A DNA stretch of 64,000 nucleotides. Origin: Lingula anatina (taxonomy: Eukaryota; Animalia; Brachiopoda). Positions 11,619 to 24,878 of this stretch are shown here, piece after piece. Made by a program: the position numbers and the translations under genes. The notes beneath the pieces are model-generated. The model did no database searches. It was not told where the DNA came from and saw only the letters and a program-made list of their open reading frames with translations. The stretch is from assembly GCA_051362555.1 (NCBI GenBank), contig CM120645.1, positions 24,208,934 to 24,272,933 of the forward strand, written 5' to 3'. Position 1 is the first letter of the stretch, and each line of letters begins with the position of its first letter.

Positions 11619-11747
11619 AAAAACAGTGAGCGTCTAAGAGACAAATGGGCCCAGAAAGCCCTAGTTCAGGAGTTCAGAGAGTCCCTACTGGCACACTCCA
11701 CCTTTAAAGAACCAAAGTTCCTCTTCCAAAAACAGTCTGGGAATAAA
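11619..11747 (+). CDS. Tandem-C2 protein exon 8 (C-terminal extension)
   Basis: tttcag/gtgagt splice sites, 43 open codons KNSERLRDKWAQKALVQEFRESLLAH... with coding-like composition. Confidence 0.8.
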
Positions 11748-12589
11748 GTGAGTGAGGGTTTGGGAATGTTTTCAATTAAATTTAAAAAATAAATTAAAGA
11801 AGAAACCTATTTAAATTAGATATATCAATTTTTGATCTAGAAGATTATGTTGAATTTATTTGATTGAAAGGTAAGGACTATTTCCCATGATGCTCTCCTT
11901 GCATTATTTTTTAGTTGATATTTGAGGCTTTTGATTAAAACTAATTCAGATGTGTTCATTTGTTGCTGTCACATCAAGTCAGTAGATTGTTAGCATGTCT
12001 AACTAGATGTTATATTTTTGTTTGTTTGCTCTCATGTTTTAATGTGGTGACACACAAGGAAGTTAAATATGTCATTGTTTGGTCATATACTGCAATTACC
12101 CAATGTTTTCAATGGGAAAAAAATTAATGTTACAGAGATGAATTTTTTAAAGTCATATATTCTTAAAATTAGAACATTCATATTGAGTGGTAGACTAAAA
12201 AGCAGGCCACCTTATAGTTCTTTATTGAACATTTAAAGAACCACAAATGTTAACATGGAGATATATATTTCAGTGATTCCAGAATGGCATATCTGAAAAA
12301 TTGATAATTATTCACCATTGAAAATATTGCATCATTACTGTCCTTACCCATGTTTGCTTTCATTGCAAGGCTGCTTTCTTTATCTCATCACTAACTCCTA
12401 AACCTAAAACATAGTGACCAGATTTACATACGCAGAGTGACCACAGGGGATTTAACCTGCTGATAATTTTTTTTTGTTTAAGGATGTCTTATTATTGTAC
12501 ATCTACATTTCTTATTGGAATTCAGTATATTTAAATTGAATGTATCATAATGTGTATATTTTGATGGAAGTTCATCTGTGTAGTCTTTT

Positions 12590-12778
12590 GATTATGTTAT
12601 ATGCTTAAACTTTTCAATTTCCACACTTGAGCTGACTATTGAAAGTTCAAATGCTAGGGAACCGTGCTCAGTCTTATAGTAACGCACACTGAAGAAGTTC
12701 ACAGTAGTGATCGAAAGTTTTCTTTGGTACACATCAAGTAAGTGTAGAAATTGAAAAGTTTTGGTGTATAACATAATC
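12590..12778. mobile_element. Small MITE-like element with ~39-bp imperfect TIRs in intron 8 of the C2 gene
   Basis: GATTATGTTATATGCTTAAACTTTTCAATTTCCACACTT pairs with AAGTGTAGAAATTGAAAAGTTTTGGTGTATAACATAATC, with about 5 mismatches. Confidence 0.65.
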
Positions 12779-13765
12779 TGTATGTGTCTCGTTCTTTTAC
12801 ATTTTTGTTAAAATTTAGTTATTGTTCATAGCCATAAAATCATTGCCTTTTACTTCTCTCCCAGAATTTTTCAATTGTGAAATAAAATTTAAAAAATAAT
12901 AAAAATAATAATAATCCAAAGTCACCATATTTTATAAAGTAGCACAATGCTGTGAAGAACCAGTGGAGTAAAAGCAACAGTAATTGTCTGATCAGTCACT
13001 CCATCAAAAATGACAGCAGGAAATATTACCAGTCATTTTAACTGTCATTTATAATGGTCACTTTCTACTGTTATTACTACCTTTATCTCTGAGTGGATGA
13101 CCGCATCCCTCAGTCTAGGTGTGGTAGTTTAGATGTTGTGGTGAAAAGTTCTCAGGTGAAAATACACTAAAAGCTACTAGTCATCAGTAGCACATTTGGC
13201 CTCACATTTTCCTTGTTTTTCTTGGAGTTTTTTTAACAGTTTGAATGTTCGCTTACAGTTTTCAAATTGTTCAATAATTGTGGGCGTGGCCAAAGTTGTC
13301 ACACTGCACTTGCTGTGAGTCATATCTACTTGTAACACTTAATATTTGACAAGTACTAGAACTTTCTGTAAACTGTGTTTTTATCCTACCCCTTCCTGTC
13401 TGCTGCTTTCTTTCCTGGATTTGCCACTCAAACTCCTTTATTAGGTGAATTTTGAGCTATGTATTTTCTGTAATTTGCACTACAAGCCATGCATGTTTCA
13501 TTTTTTTTCAATTTAGCAGGTTTCTTCTAGTGAAAAAAAATTAGAGCTCTAGTCTAATTTGCTACCAATAGATGTCGCTGTAGGTTGCTGCTTTGCCTGT
13601 AGAGGTCACTGTTGTAGTATAGTGTCCGTGACTGTTTCCATCTACTCAAATTCTTATCTTCTGATCACTATCAGATCATCAATTTTTTTTCAGTCAGAAG
13701 TTGTTTATTTTGTTTTACTACAGAAAAATAAAAATAAATGGGCACCTTCTTTCTCTTCATTATAG

Positions 13766-13840
13766 GTGATCACAGTCACAAGTCGTAAGGCTGGAACACA
13801 AGCTAAGCTACGAATAGTCAATGGATTACCTGTGTATTGA
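13766..13840 (+). CDS. Tandem-C2 protein terminal coding exon 9
   Basis: Polypyrimidine acceptor ...cattatag, then VITVTSRKAGTQAKLRIVNGLPVY and TGA. Confidence 0.75.
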   Translation: MITVTSRKAGTQAKLRIVNGLPVY

Positions 13841-14517
13841 GACAGGTTCATTGGATTCGGAACTTTTTATCAGAAGTTTTTTTTTTTTTGCAATTTATTA
13901 AGCTTTGAATATGCTGTGAGAAGAAAATCCATATTTAGATATATAACGGGAAACTTGCTTGTTCTGCTAAATACAGTTTTTTGCCAAAACAGCAGGGGAA
14001 CAGGTTTTTTGGAGGGTGTGTGTGTGCGTGTGGATAAAGTGCTGTCAGTCAGACCATACAATTAATATGTGAGGAAAATGCAAAGATTCCATAACTGTTT
14101 ATTTTGAGGACTTTATGCAGTGCTCTTTTAGCTCTGTCATATTATATTTACGTTTAAAGTATCACTTTCCAATATATATATATATATATATATGAGGAAC
14201 AAGGTATTTGTCTTACATTAGACAACTGTTATGGCTGAAAAGTCTTTTTAAGTAGTTTAATTTTTGAAAATAACATATAAATCTACATATCTATATTTTA
14301 TATATCTCTAAGAAGATGTTTACATCTCTCCTCCGTCCACAAAGCCTAAGGTCACTTGTATGTAATATATTGGTTACTGCTCAAGGTGTTTGTCATGTGA
14401 ATGTTAGCACAGTGTCAGGTGATATATGACATGGGTATAGTTGTGATGGTAAGGACACCAACCCCCCTCATCCCCCCTCCTCCGTGTCTCTCTTTGTCTC
14501 TCCTTCTCTCCTTCTTT

Positions 14518-14548
<31 letters not shown>

Positions 14549-17500
14549 ACTGACAAGAGCGGATGTCATTTGTCATACTTTTTATTTATTACAGTGCTCT
14601 CAACTGTGGAATTTGTATGTCATGCAAAAGTTGCCAAAACGTCTGCATTGTCTTTTATATGATGTCCCTCACACATTTATTCTCCTGCTGTAGATGCTGT
14701 AAACGTCTGCCATTGCCCCTTTTCTTTTTTTCTTTTTTGTTTGTCCCAAACACCCCAGTGACAGTAACTTCACACTCCTGCCTTGTTTTTTTCTCCAAGT
14801 CATGACTTAGCGTCATCTGTGGACACCTTAAAGTGGAGGCCTTATCAACAATGGATCAGCTGTAAGATCTGATATCTTCTCATGATGTCTTTATTAAGGG
14901 CTTAATCGTGTTCACTGTGGAGAGAGATAGAACTGATTTCAGCGCGGGCACACGGCTCCCACTAGGTGTTTGCCTTGTGTGCACTAACACCCTTAGAAAT
15001 TAGTAATCAAGATGTCGCGCACGTTTGTCCCCCAAGTTAGTAATTACGCCATCCGGCCCAACCGACACACTCATACTATAATGTCCACTATAAGAATCTA
15101 TGAGAGGAAATTGTATGAGGAAATATAGGAGACTCTTAGCCTGAAAATATTTTTTATCTATCAAATGATTAACAGTTAAATTTCAATTTTTGGGCTATGC
15201 ACTTCAAAATTGAATTCTTCTTTGCTTCACTTCTTATTTCATGTTTATCTTACTTTGTAAGAGAGAGCGTATTTTAATGCCTGGAGTATGGAGTTTCGTT
15301 ATCCTTATTCAGAATATGTTTTACAGTTTGTATGTTTGATATCATAAGTCAAAATTATTAAGCAATTTTTCAGAAGGAAGTAATTTAATTTGGATTAACT
15401 TCTAAAGTGATGTATGCCCTTACTTACTTACTTAATTTCAATATTAATTCTGTATTGAAACAGTTTTAACATTTATAATTAACTTGAAAAAAAGTATCTA
15501 ATCTTGAACAATTTTTTCCTAATGATTGCCAGTAATTGCAACATAGTTGGCAGCTTGATGCAGTTGGCAGTGACATGACATTCAGAGGGGGAAGTTGAAG
15601 TTCTCTCTATTTAGGAGCTTTATCTCACTATGATTGTGTACTTGTGATAAAAGTATGTTTCAATATATAAACAGTGCAACAGTAGGAATATGCATGTATG
15701 CATGCCAGTGGTTTTGTTGAATGCTTTCATGTGCATGCATGCATGCAAGTGCATACACACACACATACGCATACACACACATACACGTACACACACATAC
15801 GCGTACACACACACACGCATACACAGTTAGATGCAGTACAGGTAAAGTTCACATATTTCATATAAAAACATGCTAGGTCAGATGTAACAACAGACATAAA
15901 AACCAACAGTTTCAACGTCATGTCACTGCGGAGCTGAAAGTATTCTTATTAAGCAGTTGAAATTGAGTGTTTGCATGTTGGGAGTAATTTTGTTAAAAAA
16001 TTTGTCATTAGTCAAGCTACTGGATACGGCCGCCCATGCTGTCTCCTACTGAAACGAAATACCATTCCATTAAATGCTGCCCCTCCCTCCTCGCCATAGT
16101 AATGATCTTTGACATAAAATAAGTAAGGCTCAAATAGTTTTATGTTTTTGAATATCATAACTAAAAAACACTGTCCTTATTTTGTAGAATCTTGAAACTG
16201 CATTTTGGAAAAAATGTCAGTAACTTCTGATCATAAGAAAAAGAAGTGATTTGCAATATTTATGTTGACGTAAAATTAATTTGTTCCAGAACAAATCTCG
16301 GTGGTCAGTGCACCAGTTGACAAATGAGTCGCACTAATTATATTGTCCAGCGCCATGCCACTAGTTGTTGTCAATGACCAGGGACATGAGCACATTTTTT
16401 ATTAATATCATTACTTCTACAGCATCCAAAATTTGCATAATTTTTCCATGAGGCACGTAGGTCAAATTGCTCAGTTGCTATGATTTATTGCTGCCACGGC
16501 AACATGGGAATTGCGCCTTCCACCATCTTGGATACTGTCTGCTGTTTGAGTTATTATTTAGTCTGAAATCGTTTGTCATATTTTTTGATATATTGCTCTC
16601 TCTCAGATGATTTTTGGATATGATTTTATGGTGTTAAACTTAAAGTGTATAGCTACATATAGTAAGAAAGTTCCATTTTTGAAAATTGTGATCTTTGAAC
16701 ATATGATTATGATTTATGTTGAAATATTTCCCAGTGCAGTATTTGTTCTCTTAATATATCAGTTACATGGGTATGTGCTATTTCTCTTCTTTTATCCTTG
16801 GTTCCTTGGTTGGTGAAGAAGTGGCTTTGTGTGTATTGAAAAAAAAAACTGAAACCCTTATGACTGAATACATTACATGTGACAACTATTTTTACCCAAG
16901 CTGGACTTGGGTTTTTTATATATAGATTTAAAAATAATGCTTGACATTTCTAGACTAGTTAACTAAAATTAGTCAAAATTTAAGTATGGTATTAAGTCAG
17001 ACTATTTAATCAAGAACTGAATTATATAAGTATTTCTTTATAGATTTTTTATTGTACTAAGTTTAAACTGTATGGGTAGACCTGTACTTACTCTTATGGT
17101 AGTCTCTAGTCTTTCTTGAAAAATATTTTTATAAATTTATTGTCACCTGTGTTGTCACCTTGATTACATGTAATTTTTGGAGATTTATGTTTAGATTTAA
17201 ATTCATAAATAAGTTTAAAATATCTAATAAATATGAATAAGATATAAAGACAGATAATGGTTTGAGAATAAAAATTTTATTAAAAAGCTAAGAGTTGTGT
17301 TAATTTCTTTGAAAAATGATTTCTGTAGGTATTGTGGAATATTGTGGCATTTGTCCCTAGTTTCATTTCAACTGAATAAATTCAATTGTAATAATGGCAG
17401 TTGACCTCAGTAATGGCGACTGATTTCATAGAGCATCAAGTCTCCTAAACACACAACTATATCAACATAATGAAATCAAAGGTGGTGGATTTATTTGATT

Positions 17501-20061
17501 TAATCTGCCAATTTCTTGTTGGTACATAAAGCAGGCCATTAATTTATTAGATTATATGTCTAATTACACAGACATTATACAATTTCATCTCCACTAGACC
17601 AAATTACTCTCTGAAAGCTAAGTGGGGGATGATTGAGTCTATTCCTGGACTGGTATCAGTTTTCATATACCTGTCAATAAAATTATATCAAATGGAAATT
17701 TCAGGATCAGTAAAAATGATTATGATATTATGGAAGTGATCTGTGTTTTATCAGCTTTTGATTGCTTCTGATTATTTTATTACAACATGATCAGTGGAGA
17801 GAAGGATGGGTTTGATCAGAAATGTTAAGGATACTGTCATTATGGAGGCTACGTGGTTTATAAGAGCCTCTGAGCCTGAATTTTGGGATGATACCATGGT
17901 GTTTTCTTGGAAATTATTGCAAATAAATATGTAAAGTGCAACTTTATATGGAAATATTCAAGCTAAGATTGCAGAGTGGTTTTGTATTTCTTTTCTGAAG
18001 AGATTTTTATGTTAGAAAAAAAAAACTGAAAAGATAATTTGTGGAGGGGTCAATTTATACTTTTTGGCGATTGTAACTTTGGTCTACAAAAAGAAATGTT
18101 GGAAAAAGTGAGTTTTATAATCTTTTGAAGAAAAAAATGTCTGGACTAAGTGTTGAAGATATAATTTATCTCAATTTTTAAAATAAACAAAATGAATAAT
18201 GATTGAAATAAGATATTAAGAACACAACAAAAAATATCTCCAGACAAAAACATTAAAAAATATACAAGTCATATTAGGAAGAAGTGGACATTTTCTTTCC
18301 TAAAAAAATCCATGGCAATTTGTTTATTTTGGCTCTTTCCAACTGCTTCATTTTGTTCCCTTCCAATTTTACAAGAAGTGACAACACAAAGGCTGACAGG
18401 CTCTGACAAGTGCGTGGTACTTTTAGCCGCAGTTCTGCCACCATGCTTAGTTTTTCTTTCAGGCACGTTTTCTGGATCAAATTCTACAAAGAACTCGGCT
18501 ACATGACAACACGAGAGGCAGACGACACTATGAAGTGAAGACATTTCATACAGCCTGGGTCAGGGTTGCTTATTGTTTGCAGTAAATAGAAGTTATGATG
18601 ATAATATCAATTTTGTAAATTTAGGTTGTGAAGGATCTTTTCTAGATTATACCATGGACCTGGCTTCACCCATATTCTACTACCCAAAAGTTTATATTAA
18701 AGATGCTATGAATGTTTTTATTAAAATAATAAGGAGAGCTTCAGAAAGAGGACAATGATGGTTTGTCCAAAGTGGACAAAATAAATTGTGATGGGACACG
18801 ATCTCCAATTACCTTGAAGTTTTTTTCTGCAATGAGAACACATTTACGATGGGTGGATAATGAAAAGGAGGAGACCTCTCCGAAAATGATTGGCTGACAG
18901 TACTTAAACTAAGTGACAAAAACAGGTTATTTTAAGTGCAAAGTTTTTTTTTCGAGGAAAAAATTTACTTTTAAATTCCTTTTGTCATTGATTCTGTAAA
19001 TACTACACATTTACTTTGCGCACAAGACAGGCTTTATACTAAAATCATTAGATGAATAAAATAAATAAAGAAAGATTCTTGATAACAATAAGAGATGATA
19101 AAATGTTAAAAGATTATTTTTTTCGCTGGAAGTTTTATCTACAAACTTAAGGGGATACTAACAATGGTATCAGTGAGCAAGAGAAAATAAATAGTACTGA
19201 AATTGTGATGTTAAAATGTTAAGAGGGTTCTTTGCTTTGAATCAAGAGGTCTGATCTAGAGATAGAGAGGAGAGAATAGCATGGAATCCACACTGAGAGA
19301 GTGTCTACCACTGGGACGCTTTCTATTTAAAAACCTGCTGGATTTACTTAAAAGGAAAACAGCCGTTCATTTGGAATTGAATTCAAAAACATACCATAGC
19401 TAAATAAATAGCTGTTTTTTTCCACCTAGGCATCAGAGTTTTCATCTATTGTCGCGTGCTTTCGCAGTGAGCTTGAACAAACAACTTTACAAGCTCAAAT
19501 CCAAAGCATTTACTCTCTGACGGTGACTGCAGGGGCTAGCCAAACAGTTGATTCTGTCTCAACTTTGTTTGGACTCCACAGAAACCTGGCAATGGAACGT
19601 TTTAAAATCAAACAGACTTGCTGTCTTTTTCTTAACCAAGTAATTTGCAAGAAAATATTTTTTGAGGCTAATGTTGTTTGAATAATGGGAGAAGATCAAC
19701 CACACACCTCCAATAGCTAACTACTGTTACAGAGTGGCTGCCTCCCCAAACAGCTGACTGTTTTCATACATTTACAGGGATAATTAGCATTATTATGATG
19801 TTTTCTGAGATAACATAGGCATGCGACCATACTTTTTATTTCATTGCAACACCGTGGAGTTCTTATCATTCAGGCATGGACACTTACACATTTTGCATTC
19901 ATTTTGCAAAGCTGGACTCTGTCATGTAGGTTTTGAGTTAATAAAGTATCAAAAGGCATGTATTTGGCATCAAAAAGGTAGGACAAACACTGTTGTTTTT
20001 ATTGTTTGAAAGTGTATCAGCAGGTGCTTTACTTCATATTCAGTTGATTGATATAGTTTAG

Positions 20062-20290
20062 TCTCTCTCTCTCTCTACTTCTCTTTTTCATTCCTTCCTT
20101 TCTTCCTCTTTCCTATGATCTGTTGATTTTTCTCTCATCCCCCCCTTTCCTCTCTCCCCCCTTTCTTGCTGCATTTCTTCTGTTGTTCTCCTATTGCTTT
20201 CTTTCTCTCTTCCTTTCTCTCTTCCTATCTCCCTCTTTCCATCACTTTGTTTTTCTTCCATTGATTCCTCCCTCCTTTCTTCCTTCCTTC
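20062..20290. repeat. Pyrimidine-rich low-complexity tract
   Basis: CT-rich run, directly visible. Confidence 0.7.
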
Positions 20291-21340
20291 ATAGCATTCC
20301 CATTCATTGTTCACTTGGGGTGCCCTAAAATTGGGTAATTATTCTTCCAGTACGGCTGCTCCTCCCACTGTAACTAGACAGGACAGGTAAGGAGCCCACT
20401 GTTAGATCATACAGCAACACAAGGCTCAAATTTCTCTCCCCTAATTGAAAATTTCTTAGCCTTGTAGTAGCCTCTAACTCATCAATGGAAAATTATTAAT
20501 TGTAAATGATTAGGATGATTTCCCCCCTCCCCAATGTCTGCTTTCAGCAAGACACCTTATTAACTGGTTCAGTTCACCTATGAAGACCCGAGAAGGGAGG
20601 CCGGGATATCCGATGTCTTCACCAAGACGCCAGCGACTGCAGGCTCTGTCGTCCATTATTGTTTTCGGAAGCGCTGCCTAGTGAGTGGTTGATGAAGCGC
20701 TCAGCAGGGCATGTAAATGCGCTGAAATTTAGACAAATTGAAAGGTTGAAAACTTTTATGATAACATATAGGGTGGTCTGGTGAGAGTACAAGATTTTGT
20801 TAAGAAAAGAGCAATACATATACAGAAGAAAATATGAGATCTTATTTGTCCACCATTTCATTATATTTTAATGACTAAAGGTCTGTATTTGAAGGTGTTT
20901 TGTAACACTAATCTGTTCACCAAAGTTTAGAACAACATATTTGCCAGATCATTTTTATTGATGATTGATATTGTACCTGGAAAAATATCAGTTTAATTTT
21001 GTAAACATTTGAAACTGTCTTCCAAGCAAAGTATAAATGTATAAATATATCTGTAATTGTCCCTTGATTAAAACATCAGTGTCATTCCATATTAATGGAG
21101 GGGTGGCTCAGTGCTGGGCTTTATTAAGTAATGTCAAGAATGTGATCATGTTCCGCATGCAATCTCTTTCCATCAGTGAAGTTTTTTGTTAAAATAATTT
21201 ATTTAAAAAAAACAAATAAATTCAGTTGTCAAGAATTCTGTTGCACATTCTTTACAGGTACACCCATCCTAAAGTCAGATGATTTAATTAACAAGGTGTT
21301 GGGAAGAAGATTCAGTTAAAGTGACTTAAACCAGAACCTC

Positions 21341-21640
21341 AGAAGGAGGGGTGGGGAGGAGGGAAGAGATGAGGGGGTGAGAGGGTGGGAGAGGAGAGGG
21401 GAAGGGGTGAGGTGAGGAAGAGGAGGGGAGGGGGGAGGTAAGGAAAGGAGGGAGTGAGGGGAGGAGGGGGTGATGTGGGAGGGGAGGGGAGAGGAGGGGA
21501 GGAGGGGGTGATGTGGGAGGGGAGGGGAGAAGGGTGAGGGTAAGGAAGTAGGGGTGTGTGGAGAAGGAGGTGAAGGGAGAAGAGGGTGGGAGAGGAGAGG
21601 GGAAGGGGTGAGGAAAGGAGGGGAAGGGGAAGATGAGGAT
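21341..21640. repeat. GA/G-rich purine low-complexity tract
   Basis: About 300 bp of GGAGG/GGGGA/GAGGGGGTGA motifs with no C on the + strand. Confidence 0.85.
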
Positions 21641-22470
21641 GTCAACTCTTGTCTACACATTGATAAAACCAGACAATATCTGAGTATGCTACCAGCTTTG
21701 CTGAAACTTTGCTGCAGAAAATGCCACCTGATTATGATGTTAATGTCAAACATTTCAAGATTGTTGGATCAAGTCTTCCAAACTTTTCAACACAACACGC
21801 TTTATGAAACTCAGCGTACAGGGAAATGAGATGGTGATTATGGTCTATAGAACTTATTGTGAGCATCTGAACAAACACTGGTTTGATAAAAAAAAGGTGA
21901 CGATTTTTTCCTTGCTTTTGCATGTCAACGAATACTGTGCCCAGCATATGAAATATGCAACATATTTCTTCACACCCAAGCAAAATATTTTAACTGACCA
22001 ATTTGGTACCAGCACGTAAACAGACAGTTGAATTTGTATGCGTGACTGTGGTTTGGATAAGATAAAAAAAAATGCATGCACACAAATTTTCAAAATTAAG
22101 AATGGATTTATTTGCTGCTGGCATGTATGTTGGCAATTAAATGCATGGACTACTGCTTATAGCATGTATACAAAATGAGATTAATAAAAACTTTATTTAA
22201 ACTTGCTAAAAATTGGCTTCTTTTTCTTAATGACAAATAAATGCCAGGTTTAACACTATTATCACAGTAAAATAGAAGTCTAGTAGTGACTTATATTGGT
22301 AAAAGCCTAGCTAGTTATTGCAACGAAATTGAGATGTGCCTTTTTTTCATTTCACTTGTAATAGAAGAATATTTCTATTGTTTTTTTGTTTTTTTTTGGG
22401 GGGGGGGGGGGTGGCAGAGTGACTTAAAATATAATATGTTACAGCTAGTCCAAAGTCAAAATACAACTTT

Positions 22471-22891
22471 GGACAAACTGCAGCCCAGTGGCAAACTGCT
22501 CCTCATTGGCAAACTCCTTTTCAGTGGCAAACTGCTCTTCAATGGCAAACTGTATCTCAATAGCAAACTTATCCTCAATGGCAAACTGCTCTTCATTAGC
22601 AAACTGCTGCCCAGTGGCAAACTGCTCCTCAGTGGCAAACTGCTGCCCAGTGGCAAACTGCTCCTCAGTGGCAAACTCCTGCCCAGTGGCAAACTGCTCC
22701 TCAGTGGCAAACTCCTGCCCAGTGGCAAACTGCTCCTCAGTTGCAAACTGCTGCCCAGTGGCAAACTACTCCTCAGTGGCAAACTGCTCCTTGTTGGCAA
22801 ACTGTTCATCAGGGGCAAACTGCTCCTCAGTGGGAAATTGCTCCGCCCTAGCAAACTGTTCATCAGTGGCAAACTGCTCCTCAGTGACAAG
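22471..22891. repeat. 18-bp minisatellite (CAGTGGCAAACTGCTCCT / CAGTGGCAAACTGCTGCC), ~23 copies
   Basis: Tandem units directly visible. The centre alternates two variants (36-bp higher-order unit) and the edges are degenerate. Confidence 0.95.
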
Positions 22892-24110
22892 CTTGTAACA
22901 AATGAACAGAAATAATGTCCACATAAAGCTGTCCACCTGTCTGTTCCTTCCTTCCTCACCTGGCTTAACATGCCATAAAAAACACAAGAAAGAACTCTTT
23001 GCTGTCCTGTCTTGTGTGTTCACTTGATATCTTCAGTAAGAAGATTGCAGCTGTAGGATGTCAGTCCAGCCTTTTTTTACCTCTGCAAGAAACAAGTGGT
23101 TCTGGTACGTACCCTCTCCTACAGGGTTTTAATTTTTTATGAAGAGGGTACACTTGTCAGTAGAGTTGTGTTTTCTTTTCTTTAATCAGAAGAAAAAGAA
23201 TCTAGGGTGAATTTTGTTTTTGAGTTTGGATTAATGCAATGACTGTGAGTGTTTCTACTTTGTACTTGAAGTTTTCTAAAAGAAAGAAAGGAAATTGGGT
23301 TGAATGTTACTTTGTTTAGCTAGCTAGTAGTCATAACAGTCAAATTGATGCAATGTAATTATTTATGTGAATTATTGAATTTGATAAAATGTAAATCATA
23401 CTTCTCCCAATGTCTTCTTAATCAAAGGTGATGTCTTGAAATTTGATGAGTAGTTTTTATACTGAAAAGATACATAAGCTTTCTGTGATGATTTCAAAAC
23501 ATCACTCTCCAGATAGAATCAAATGAAAACTAATTTTATCAAAAGCAGAATTTGACTAAATATATTTATATAAAAAATTTTCTTGAATTTACACACTGTG
23601 CGCACACAACCCAATGACCGTCTGCAGAGGGTGTCTTCCTTCTCCCCTTATTTAACCAATCCCTTAATGCTACTGCTGTCTTCCCCAAGTACTGCTAATG
23701 GATTCACATCACAATAGAAGCGCCGCTCTACAGATAATTGATTTTCCATTGAACATGACTTCTGGTAGGACCCCTGCCATTCAAAACCCACCAACTGTGA
23801 CCTGTAGAAGAGGAGCTGCAATTTCATACTGTTTAGATTTCATTAGATGACAGAAATTATGAATAAAGAGGCTCAAGTTGAGTTTGTTTTTGTTTGGTCT
23901 TTTGTAATTTCATCTGTTAGCTGAATTGTCAGCATGATACTGGAATTATCTTCTCTGTTGACAGGTTGAATTGATGGGATTGGGAGGTGTATGTATGTAT
24001 GTGTGTATGTATGTATGTGTGTGTATGTGTTTATGTTAGTGTGTGCGCTTTTTATGGATTTCTGTGTGCATGCATGTGAAGATGTAAATGTTTGCATGTA
24101 TGTTTGTTTG

Positions 24111-24252
24111 CAGGGGCGGATCCAGAGCTATTTTCTGACAGTCTTCCAAATTATCTTTGTTGATTCATCCTCCAATTTTGACCATCTTCCAACAGAAAAA
24201 ATTACGTACCTATCTATGTAAACCTGAACATCTGACCGTCTTCTGGAAGACC
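24111..24252 (+). mobile_element. Truncated copy 1 of a dispersed MITE with CAGGGGCGGAT termini (hAT-like)
   Basis: Begins CAGGGGCGGATCCAGAG. The body is the reverse complement of about 33735-33868. Confidence 0.7.
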
Positions 24253-24847
24253 TGGTTTGTATATATGTATATACAACTATATCTGTTAACTCTCATTTTA
24301 GCATTGATTTCCTTTGTTTGTATGTGTGTTTCTAAAAGCATTTTTATATACATCTTGTAATAGCATAATTACACCTATGTCCAGTGTGTGCATGTATTTT
24401 GGATGTTATAAAGTTTATTAAAAAGATAAAGAAAAACAGATAAAACTATCGGCATGATGACAAAGAAATTGTAAAAAAAAAAGGGAACAGTAAACTGTCA
24501 TTCAGCTGTAGTTAAGAAATCCAGTGATGTTCAGAACTTATTGACTCTTTCCAAACTAAGAGATACAGAGTGTAGAGTATTGTGTTACTTGTATTACCAG
24601 GTATGATATAATGAGATCAGGTAAGACGACATCCCCTGGGCCTGGGGAGATAATGGGTGCCTGTCCTTCACAGTACGTGGGTGGGTGGGGGGGGGGGGGG
24701 GGGGCATCAGGAAACACTAACTGTAATAAGATCTATTGAGGCTGCCTAGTTAACGAGATTCTGTAGGGTGAACACTGCTGGGTTTGGTTGTGATAGACGT
24801 TTTCTTGTTAGTGGGAGTGTTTAGAAGGTAAAGGTAGCAGGAAGGGT

Positions 24848-24878
<31 letters not shown>

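Noticed and set aside
18269-18758. Cluster of short ORFs in the desert
   Set aside because: No homology motif and no consistent splice or phase chain.
21316-21829. Pro/Ser-rich and Gly/Arg/Glu-rich ORFs
   Set aside because: Translation of a purine low-complexity tract.
22471-22891. CRISPR-like array
   Set aside because: Head-to-tail tandem units with no unique spacers, eukaryotic context and no cas genes.
22286-23023. Long overlapping ORFs (209, 171 and 136 aa) resembling repeat proteins
   Set aside because: They arise from an 18-bp minisatellite. There is no splice or domain support and they run into homopolymer flanks.
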